A stretch of 64,000 nucleotides of DNA from Candidatus Obscuribacteraceae bacterium (GTDB lineage Bacteria > Cyanobacteriota > Vampirovibrionia > Obscuribacterales > Obscuribacteraceae), in the NCBI GenBank assembly GCA_044229845.1, contig JBGASG010000001.1, positions 64,001 to 128,000 on the forward strand, read 5' to 3'. The translations under genes were made by a program, and so were the position numbers. This document shows, one piece after another, positions 39,584-47,313 of this stretch (within the stretch, counting starts at the first letter, position 1; every line of letters starts with the position of its first letter). The notes beneath the pieces were generated by a model. It was not told the DNA's origin and made no database searches. It saw only the letters and a program-made list of their open reading frames with translations.

Positions 39584-40672
39584 TCACGACTCATTTTTGC
39601 TTTTTACTGTCACGTCGATGGTGACTTCATCGGCATCCGACGTCAGCTCAGGGGGTAGTTGCACTTTATCAACGCGATTATTGACTTGATGTATATCGTT
39701 GGCTTGTCCCTCGACGTAGATTCCGGCAAAACCTTCGGTGAAGGTAGTGATGTGTTGCGTGAAGCCGGACTCGAAATCCTCACTGCAAAAAGGTATTGCC
39801 CCTTTGAAGGTCGCATACAGAGGTAACTCTAAGCTTTGAGCGGCCTTGTAGATCTCGTGAAGAGTGGTTCTGTTGGAGCACAGTTTAGTAGAGAGCAATA
39901 CGCCCTTGCAATCGCCTTCGCGGCCGTGTTTTCTCAGCCAGCTCGCAAGGTGGACTTCGAGTCTGTCTAGACCGGTGTGACCAAAACACAGGTAGAACTC
40001 GTCGCCATGAAGTTGTCCCCACTCGCGAATCTCAATGTTCTCATGCGGATCATTCTGATAACAGTAGCCGTAGACCTTAGGTCGACTGTCCGACCCTGAA
40101 TGCTGTTCGAAGTGGAGCTGGGTTGCATCGTAGTATTTTGGAAACAACTCCTTCTTAAAGCCTGCAAGCGCGTCTTCGAATTCCTCGACCATCCCACTGC
40201 CAGAGGGCATGCGAGCAAATCGGACAAAAGCATCCGCTGCTTCTTTTCCTAGCACCGAGTGAATAGCGTCGCGTATCCGATTTTTGCATTGTCCAACCAT
40301 TTTAATTGCGCCTAATTCGGTAGGCATCTCCCGTTGCAATGTTGCACGCGTGAGGCTTATGTCCTGCTCGGCGCCGATGAGTGTTGTTATTGCTGTGCCG
40401 AGGTCCGTGAGCTTGCCATCGTTCGTTACAAGACCGATGGCTTCCAAATATTGCACCCCCTCGTCCTGCAACTTCAATATCATAGTGCTCGTTTCACGCA
40501 GCCAATGGTTGTGAAGAGCGACTCTCAGCGCGCCTTCGGTCGGGAGTTCATCGGGATTGTTTCGCCCGGATATTGCTCCTCTCCATATGGCTCCTCTGAA
40601 GCAATGGCTGTCATCATTGAAAGCGGTCAGTAATACTTGAATTACTCGCCAATCTCTCTCTGAATGTCTCAT
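39584..40672 (-). CDS. Hypothetical multidomain protein (wHTH-like + helical + unknown)
   Basis: 362-aa ORF tightly packed in the operon. Confidence 0.7.
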   Translation of the reverse strand: MRHSERDWRVIQVLLTAFNDDSHCFRGAIWRGAISGRNNPDELPTEGALRVALHNHWLRETSTMILKLQDEGVQYLEAIGLVTNDGKLTDLGTAITTLIGAEQDISLTRATLQREMPTELGAIKMVGQCKNRIRDAIHSVLGKEAADAFVRFARMPSGSGMVEEFEDALAGFKKELFPKYYDATQLHFEQHSGSDSRPKVYGYCYQNDPHENIEIREWGQLHGDEFYLCFGHTGLDRLEVHLASWLRKHGREGDCKGVLLSTKLCSNRTTLHEIYKAAQSLELPLYATFKGAIPFCSEDFESGFTQHITTFTEGFAGIYVEGQANDIHQVNNRVDKVQLPPELTSDADEVTIDVTVKSKNES

Positions 40673-40676
40673 CGAC

Positions 40677-41786
40677 CTATCCTCCGAAGCACTTCATAAC
40701 TATTTCGATGAACTGTGCATATGCCGACTGAATCATTTGCAGTCCCTGCACCGCACCGCTCACGGTGGCAAAGACGCCTCCGACCGCCAGGGCTTTAGTG
40801 ACAATGCTCTGCTTGTCCCGCTTCGCTTCGGGCCGATCAATCTCCGAGACCACTTGATTGATGAGCGAGACTGCCATCGATTTGGACGCATCTGGAATTT
40901 CTGAGACTTCGACGGCGGCAGTCAACTGTTTTACCGATTTCGCAATCTCAGGATAGTTGTTCTGCAAAACTTGTACGTGGTTGTTGATTTGCGTAATGTC
41001 GTGCGCAACCGCCCCTGGCGCTTGGACGATACCATTTCCATGGATTTCAATGTACGTGGTGTTGCCGCTTTGATCCTTGCGTTGTTCGCGTTCGTCTTCG
41101 TTCTGTACTCTTGTTTCGCTCATGGTAGCTTGGTCCTCGTAGTGTTGCGGATCTCTCAAAGCCTCTGCTCTAAGGCTCTCCAAAAACGATAAGCGCTTCT
41201 CGACCGACTTGTCGAAGTCGTGGGCTGTTCGTGGTCTAGAGGTACCCCAATCCACGATGCGCTTGAACCTCAGAGCCGTCGTGGAACCGAATTCCTGAGA
41301 TAACGCAGAGACAACCCTGGATGACCAAAGTTTCTTCTGCTCGATTCCGTCCTTCCTTCCTGCCAAGAAATCAGTTCGAATCTGAGCTAGATCTGCGATG
41401 AGTCTGTCTATACCGGCTAGCTGTCGCGCGGTCTTCGATCCTGCCGAAACCTGTTGAGTAGACACAAATCCTCGCTGTAAGTCGTCGCGTACTGCTTCCA
41501 GAATTCCCTGCATACCATGGAACGCCATCACTTTCTCGGATGGTCTGCCGTTCAAGAAATTATTGGCGAACACATTCGCCTGTCTGTTGTGTGCATGATT
41601 CTTGTCCGGCACTGCCGCCTCGATGGCTGCGAGCGCGCGCGTTATTGCCCTTGATCGGTCGGCGAACGGAGCGCTCTTTTGTTCTCGCTGACGGAATTCG
41701 ATGCAAGCGCGGATGTCGGCGAGCGCCTCTTCTAGATGAGCAATCTTTGTGGTCAGAGAGTCTTGCAAAGCCGAGCCCCTACTCAC
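40677..41786 (-). CDS. Hypothetical protein: two helical domains + shared C-terminal module
   Basis: GTGA overlap with the upstream stop; C-terminus aligns with that of 41783..43102. Confidence 0.75.
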   Translation of the reverse strand: MSRGSALQDSLTTKIAHLEEALADIRACIEFRQREQKSAPFADRSRAITRALAAIEAAVPDKNHAHNRQANVFANNFLNGRPSEKVMAFHGMQGILEAVRDDLQRGFVSTQQVSAGSKTARQLAGIDRLIADLAQIRTDFLAGRKDGIEQKKLWSSRVVSALSQEFGSTTALRFKRIVDWGTSRPRTAHDFDKSVEKRLSFLESLRAEALRDPQHYEDQATMSETRVQNEDEREQRKDQSGNTTYIEIHGNGIVQAPGAVAHDITQINNHVQVLQNNYPEIAKSVKQLTAAVEVSEIPDASKSMAVSLINQVVSEIDRPEAKRDKQSIVTKALAVGGVFATVSGAVQGLQMIQSAYAQFIEIVMKCFGG

Positions 41787-43102
41787 ATTGGTGGTGGCAA
41801 GGTCGACAAGAACTCCAGGATGCGTGCCCAAAGTTGACTGGCAATAGGTCGCAATGTTTCGAAGTTCTCATAGGTCTTTGCGGTTTCATCGATGCAGCGC
41901 ACCAGTCCTTGAGCTTGGTCTTTGATGTGCCATGGCTTGCGCTGATCGGCGGGCAAATCGATCTGTTCGGCTGTGACCTTAATGCGGTCGGCCGGCTCAA
42001 CTTTTGCCGCAGGGGGTGCGTCCAATGCTGACAGCGAGTCAGCGAGTTGCTTCAACAAGTCAGCTATCTCGGTGCTCTGTTGGCTGATAGACTGGAGGTG
42101 CGTATTCGTCTGCTGGATGTCCCTTGCCACCGCTCCCGGTGCCTGAATAATTGAGGGTCCAGTCGCTTCAATGTTTGTGTGGTAAGTGGTGACAGAGGTT
42201 GGGACGGGTGAGCTGGACTGCAATATTTCCGCAGTCGATTTCCCGCTCCTGCGAGCCTGTAGAGCACTGATTCCAGTCGCAGTTACTCTGTACCAGATTC
42301 CGTCCTCGTTCTGAATCCAATTGAATTCATTCAACATGCGGCTAAAGGCCTCAAGCGCTGCTATGTTTCCCTTTTCTGTTTTCCCGATTCGTTTCGCTAA
42401 TGTCGCTACCGAACCAGGTCCATCAAGGGTGCGGGGATAGAGTTGCAGTTTCCAGTCAACTTCGCGTGCCGCCTCAAGAATCTCTGTGATCGCTGCTTCA
42501 ACGTCAGCTTCGTCAATCGCCATTCTGAATTCAGACCCCCTCCATTTATCAAAAGCCTTCCGTCCAGGTTCCGCGACGGAGAAAACACTATTGCGGCCAG
42601 TGGCTGGTTTGAGCCATTCACGTTCCAACACGAGTCGCTTAAATGCTGCCACCATTGCTCGCATCTCTTGGGCATCGGGGGTGATAGATCGTTCTGCGCA
42701 TACTAGTTTTGGCTCGCTCGACCACGTCTCCGGTCTGTATGTCAGTTCCCACCCATTCCGTTCTGCTTGTTCGAGGAGTTGAAACGTCGCAATGGCAATA
42801 GCGTCCTCAGTCAGAGGCACCCGCTCGATTGGATCGGAAACGTTGGCGCTCACCTCCAATCCAGTAGAACTGAGGGCGAAGATCCATTGCGAAATTGATG
42901 TAAACCAATTCTTCCTGCGCATTTCATTGAAGGTCTCGATCAATGCAGTGCGCTCGCGCTTCTCCAAGCCGCCAAGGGTTAGCTCCCCAATCTTGAGAAT
43001 TGGGCCGCTATCAACGGCTCCGATGTACCTGGATTCGTCCCTGCTCGCTGTCCCGAACAGCAGTAAGAATGGCGTACTCCGCTCGCTTGCGCAGTTCTTC
43101 AT
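41783..43102 (-). CDS. Hypothetical protein: two wHTH-like repeats + shared C-terminal module
   Basis: Internal repeat 'LE.A....W.L...P.T...AF.R...E..W...G..A'. Confidence 0.75.
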   Translation of the reverse strand: MKNCASERSTPFLLLFGTASRDESRYIGAVDSGPILKIGELTLGGLEKRERTALIETFNEMRRKNWFTSISQWIFALSSTGLEVSANVSDPIERVPLTEDAIAIATFQLLEQAERNGWELTYRPETWSSEPKLVCAERSITPDAQEMRAMVAAFKRLVLEREWLKPATGRNSVFSVAEPGRKAFDKWRGSEFRMAIDEADVEAAITEILEAAREVDWKLQLYPRTLDGPGSVATLAKRIGKTEKGNIAALEAFSRMLNEFNWIQNEDGIWYRVTATGISALQARRSGKSTAEILQSSSPVPTSVTTYHTNIEATGPSIIQAPGAVARDIQQTNTHLQSISQQSTEIADLLKQLADSLSALDAPPAAKVEPADRIKVTAEQIDLPADQRKPWHIKDQAQGLVRCIDETAKTYENFETLRPIASQLWARILEFLSTLPPPM

Positions 43103-43146
43103 CCGTCAGCAATTCCGTTGTGACCACTCGGAGCGTTCACCGATTA

Positions 43147-43164
43147 GGTACATAGTGGGTACAA
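43147..43164. other. Candidate integrase arm-type site
   Basis: GGTACATAGTGGGTACAA, near-copy of 28271-28288. Confidence 0.6.
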
Positions 43165-43179
43165 AGCCAAGCCCACGTT

Positions 43180-43231
43180 CTGAAACCATCGGGACGATAG
43201 GATTTGAACCTACGACCTACTGCTCCCAAAG
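43180..43231. repeat. att direct repeat overlapping tRNA-Pro
   Basis: Identical to 28111-28162. Confidence 0.95.
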
Positions 43232-43262
43232 CAGCCGCGCTACCAAGCTGCGCCACGTCCCG
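43189..43262 (-). tRNA. tRNA-Pro(TGG), CCA not encoded
   Basis: CGGGACG acceptor stem, GCAGCTTGGTAGC D-arm, CTGCT-TTGGGA-GCAG anticodon arm, GGTTCAAATCC T-arm; 74 nt. Confidence 0.97.
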
Positions 43263-43328
43263 CCGTTTCATAAATATAGCACGACCAGTTGTAAGGACCG
43301 CCGGAAGGGCTCCGAATCCCGATACAAC

Positions 43329-45338
43329 TTAAGGCACGAATTCCGGCGGTGCGGCGGCGCCGCTGCCCTTCTTATGGGCAATCTTGACCTTATTCTTCGG
43401 ATTGTCCAGGTTTATGACCACCGGACCCGTATCTTCATAAGCCTCGGTAGACGCCGGACGCGCTTTCTTCTTGGCTTTCGCCGCTGCCGCTATCTTTTCG
43501 CGTTCCGCCTGGCGCTCTTTGCGACGCTCGGCGCGGCTCTTGCGGCGGCTGCTGCGGCTCGACGAGGACGTGTTGTTATCGTCGTTGTCGTCATTCCGGC
43601 TGGCGCTGGCGCTGGCGCTGGCGCTGATCTCCGGCACATCCGACGACGAAACGCCGCCGTACACGTACCCTTCCTGACCGTTGACGCGAATCTTGTACCA
43701 ACCATCAGACTTGCCGAGCACTTGCACGGTCGAGCCGACGGTCATGGTTCCGACCGAGTGGCTGCGGCTGGTCGGCGAGTTACGAATATTGCGGTTCATG
43801 GTGGCACGGCCGGTCTTGCCGCCGCCGCTGCTCGCAGGTTTCTTCGCAGAAACTGCCGGTGGTGTGGCGGTTGGTGGCAACGTTGCGGCCATCACGGCGG
43901 CCGAGTTGTGAGCTACAACCGGTAGCACGGCGGCTTCGACAGCTGCGCCGCCGTTCTTCGCATGCGGAAGAATGACGGTTCCCGGTGTCTTAGTAGTTGC
44001 AGCTTCCGGAGCGACATTATTCTTGTTGCCGAATGCTGATGTCGCCACGCGAATCTCAGCCACGGGCACCACATCCGGTGGCGCTGCGGCTGCCAGGATC
44101 GGAGTCACTGCGCGACTTGCAGTTGTCGTCACTTGCACCGCCGGCTGCGCTGCTACCACAGGTGGTGCAGCCGTTGCGGACGAAACACGATTCGCTGCGA
44201 TTGCCTTCTGCAATACGGCGTTGGAAGTTTCTGCCGTCAGCGGTTCGGTCGAGCCGCCGGTAAACTTGTAGCTGCCGCCACCGCGCGATTTGCGGAAGTT
44301 GAACACTATCGACTTCGAATCGCCCACGAAGGTGAACTTCAGGTTTCTGTCTTCAACAGCCTTGCCGAATGCAAATGGTGCCTTGGTAGCGACGCCCTGG
44401 GCATATGAAACGCCGGCATCGCCGATCACCGATTTCGCTGCATTGCCCGCATTCTCAGGATTGCGAATCACTTGAGCGACGTTCCAGAGCAGTCCGAAGT
44501 GACCGTCCGGCGTTTCGTTGACAGCGGTGTAGTGCGCGTCTTTCCAGACGAATTTCTGGCGCAGCGGCACATAATCCTTAGTAGGACTGGCTGCAAAAAA
44601 TCCTTGTTGTTGCAGCGCTGCCGGCAGCGATACTTCTACATTTAGATCGTTGCTGGTAGTCGAGACAAACTTGACGTTTCCTTCCGCCAGAAGCGGAGGC
44701 ACTGCTTTGTCAGTTTCTTCCTGAATGAAATCAGGCAAGAGCGCATAGGCGCGCACCTGTGGATGGTGCGGCGGCTGGCCGCCCGTGTGTCCCAACACCA
44801 CAAGCACAGGACCCGCGGCATCGTTAATGATGCGCGCGTTGTCGAATACTTCCAGTCCATTGAGACGGAAAACTTTGGTGCCCGAGTGTCCCTTCATAAC
44901 AAGGAAGGGAGTTGCTTGCAGTAAGGTGTCTACTTCGACGATACGCAGATCGCGCGGCAGGTCGATGACGTGCACTTCGAAGGCATCGCGCTTCAAAGCC
45001 GCTTTCAACTTCTCGCGCAGGTCACCACCTTTGATATCACCGTTATGCAGCAAGAATTCCTTGATGGTTTCATCAAGGTCGTGTTTCATTGCTTTGGCAT
45101 CTTCGGTTGATTTCGGACCAGTGGCGACACGTTTGGCGACGCGACCGAGCTTGTGCTCGACGTCCACCATCTGTGGCACTATTGCCGACAAAAGCACCGT
45201 GCTCGCGATGACGACGCCCAGTCCAGCGCCGCCAAAAAGTATGGCTTTCGGGAGCGCCTTTTTGGCGAATTTGGAGCCGCATACTGTGCACTTACGTGCC
45301 GCGACCGAATTTCTCTGGGAACACTGTGGACAACGCAT
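43329..45338 (-). CDS. Zinc-ribbon/TM protein with C-terminal SH3 domain
   Basis: CPQC..CTVC, TM; NIRNSP...VQVLGKSDGWYKI...GYV. Confidence 0.8.
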   Translation of the reverse strand: MRCPQCSQRNSVAARKCTVCGSKFAKKALPKAILFGGAGLGVVIASTVLLSAIVPQMVDVEHKLGRVAKRVATGPKSTEDAKAMKHDLDETIKEFLLHNGDIKGGDLREKLKAALKRDAFEVHVIDLPRDLRIVEVDTLLQATPFLVMKGHSGTKVFRLNGLEVFDNARIINDAAGPVLVVLGHTGGQPPHHPQVRAYALLPDFIQEETDKAVPPLLAEGNVKFVSTTSNDLNVEVSLPAALQQQGFFAASPTKDYVPLRQKFVWKDAHYTAVNETPDGHFGLLWNVAQVIRNPENAGNAAKSVIGDAGVSYAQGVATKAPFAFGKAVEDRNLKFTFVGDSKSIVFNFRKSRGGGSYKFTGGSTEPLTAETSNAVLQKAIAANRVSSATAAPPVVAAQPAVQVTTTASRAVTPILAAAAPPDVVPVAEIRVATSAFGNKNNVAPEAATTKTPGTVILPHAKNGGAAVEAAVLPVVAHNSAAVMAATLPPTATPPAVSAKKPASSGGGKTGRATMNRNIRNSPTSRSHSVGTMTVGSTVQVLGKSDGWYKIRVNGQEGYVYGGVSSSDVPEISASASASASRNDDNDDNNTSSSSRSSRRKSRAERRKERQAEREKIAAAAKAKKKARPASTEAYEDTGPVVINLDNPKNKVKIAHKKGSGAAAPPEFVP

Positions 45339-45531
45339 AATTGAGAGTCTTCAAGGTTTCCTGAGCAGCCATACTACTAGAGAACGTATATATCATCCTT
45401 ATACAGGTTTCCTCTTTGAAATTAGAAATGCGAGTCTGTGAGCCATTCGCGTGCTTGGAAACGCTGTTTGAATAACTTAAAGAACTTATCGGCGGCTAAA
45501 ATGTTGTATCCGATATGCGAAACGAAAGGAG

Positions 45532-46245
45532 TTGACATTGGGAGAGGTCCTGCACCCTGAAGAAGTTGTAACAACTGTCTTTTTAGTGCGCCACGGCGAC
45601 ACACGGCAAACGGACGAGGGGCGTCTATACACCGATCCTGAAGCGCAGTTAACCGAAAAGGGACGCGGGCAGATCCGCGGAATCGCAAGCTGGTTGGGCG
45701 ATGAGGGGATCGAAGCCCTGATCTCAAGTTCTTCTAAGCGTGTGCTCTCGTCCGCTGAAATCATCGCGGCGCAGCTGAAAGTCAACATTTTGACCAATGA
45801 TGCATTCAATGCCTGGCGCGTCGGCGAGTGGGAAGGGCGTACCTATTTAGAGGTGAAGAAAGCCGAACCGCAGATTTATCAGTCGTGGGTTGCTGATCCG
45901 GTGCGCAATGCACCACCTGGTGGCGAAGCCATTCTCGATGTGTCGAAACGTGCCACCGAAGCCATTCGGCAGGTGATTGGCGACAACGAAGGCAAACGAC
46001 TGGCAGTGGTATCACATGCGGAAGTCATCCGTGCGCTGCTCGTGGACGCGCTCGGCATGCCGTTGGAAAACTACTGGCGCATCGCGGTGCCCACCGGTTC
46101 GATCACCAAGATTGATTACAGCGCGCACTTCGCCACGGCACATTTCATCTCGTTGCGTCCGCATGAGTACCGGCACAAGATGTCAGCCTTCGAGGAAGAA
46201 ACCGAACCTGAGTGCCTGCACGGATCATCCTTCGCCAGCGAATAA
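45532..46245 (+). CDS. Histidine phosphatase family protein
   Basis: LVRHG, GEWEG, PPGGE, VVSH; AAGGAG SD. Confidence 0.9.
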   Translation: MTLGEVLHPEEVVTTVFLVRHGDTRQTDEGRLYTDPEAQLTEKGRGQIRGIASWLGDEGIEALISSSSKRVLSSAEIIAAQLKVNILTNDAFNAWRVGEWEGRTYLEVKKAEPQIYQSWVADPVRNAPPGGEAILDVSKRATEAIRQVIGDNEGKRLAVVSHAEVIRALLVDALGMPLENYWRIAVPTGSITKIDYSAHFATAHFISLRPHEYRHKMSAFEEETEPECLHGSSFASE

Positions 46246-46296
46246 TGCGCGAATAAATGCTTGAATATAGCGGTACCAAAATGAGGACCGCTTGCA

Positions 46297-46542
46297 ATGA
46301 AGCAAAACATAGTGATTGCGCTGTTGGCCGGCATTATCCTGGGGCAGAACATGCCGCGCGCCACCGCCGACGACGCGCCCTCCGGTGGTATCACCAAACA
46401 AGACCTTCTATATGCGGCAGCGATTTGCGGATTGTGTGGCAACTCGCGTTTCGACCCGACGGGACACATGGGTCTGACCAGTAACCTCAAAGGACCGGAA
46501 GGCTTGAAGAAACTGGCGCGTAACTACGCGACCGTCGAATAG
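46297..46542 (+). CDS. Small secreted hypothetical protein
   Basis: GAGGA SD; signal-like N-terminus. Confidence 0.55.
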   Translation: MKQNIVIALLAGIILGQNMPRATADDAPSGGITKQDLLYAAAICGLCGNSRFDPTGHMGLTSNLKGPEGLKKLARNYATVE

Positions 46543-46548
46543 TCTACG

Positions 46549-47313
46549 CTACGGTGCATCGTGTGCGGTGGCACCACCGGCGGAGCCGGGTGCAAACGTG
46601 CCGCCCATCGAGCTGCCCGTAACTGAATTGTTGCCGGTGCCCGAGGTCCCTTCGGTCTGCGCCATAAGCTCTGCCAGGCGCGCCCGCTGTTCCTCATCGA
46701 GAAGGGCGCGCAGCCGCAGCATCAATCGAATGCGGTCCAGCTGAATTTCGCCCTGCAACTTATTGATCTCTTCCTGCATCGCAATCACTGTTTGCTCATC
46801 AGGGCTCGGCTCCAGCGAAAGCTTGTGCAGCCGCTGCAACATATTTTTGCTGCGCCCGATCTTTACCCGCGCTTCCAGTTCATAGTCGCGCACCATGCGA
46901 CGCATTTCGCGCTCTTGCCCGGAATTTGCGCCGGCATCGACATAAATACGAATCGGATCAAATCGCATTCCCTGGGGAGGAGTGCGCTTGGGTGGCGGTG
47001 CCGGAGTGTTTTCGCCTGTGCTCTGCGACTCGGTGGTGCCGGGTCCGCCGGTCGATCCGCCTACCGCTCCGGCCGCGGAACTGCCTGCCGCATTGCCGGC
47101 TTCTGCCGCGTCCGCACGAGCATCCAACGCTGCCGGTCCGAGCACTGTCAGACAGGCAATCGCAATCGCTGTTACTGCCGAAGCCTTGCCGCGGCTCAGT
47201 CGATACCCAGGTGCACAAATGGTGCCCAGGCGTGAATCGGTGCTCCTGCCAGAACCGCTTTGGTTTGCGCTTGCTGCAGTGCTTGCGGAATAGAGTTTTT
47301 GCCTGCTTGCCAC
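46549..47313 (-). CDS. Spy/CpxP-like periplasmic protein
   Basis: Helical core ending LLDEEQRARL; true start likely near 47199 since the ORF overlaps the CHAT gene. Confidence 0.6.
   Translation of the reverse strand: MASRQKLYSASTAASANQSGSGRSTDSRLGTICAPGYRLSRGKASAVTAIAIACLTVLGPAALDARADAAEAGNAAGSSAAGAVGGSTGGPGTTESQSTGENTPAPPPKRTPPQGMRFDPIRIYVDAGANSGQEREMRRMVRDYELEARVKIGRSKNMLQRLHKLSLEPSPDEQTVIAMQEEINKLQGEIQLDRIRLMLRLRALLDEEQRARLAELMAQTEGTSGTGNNSVTGSSMGGTFAPGSAGGATAHDAP

Larger units (their letters stand above)
28111..43231. mobile_element. ~15-kb integrative element (satellite/PICI-like) at the tRNA-Pro 3' end
   Basis: 52-bp direct repeats; integrase next to the left repeat; AlpA, ATPase and primase core. 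Confidence 0.93.

Noticed and set aside
28111..43231. Complete prophage or ICE
   Set aside because: No recognisable virion, lysis, relaxase or T4SS genes
43598..43627. Hexamer repeat TGGCGC
   Set aside because: Encodes an Ala-Ser linker; ordinary low complexity
42792..43925. 377-aa + strand ORF
   Set aside because: Spans the tRNA and two opposite-strand genes; shadow ORF
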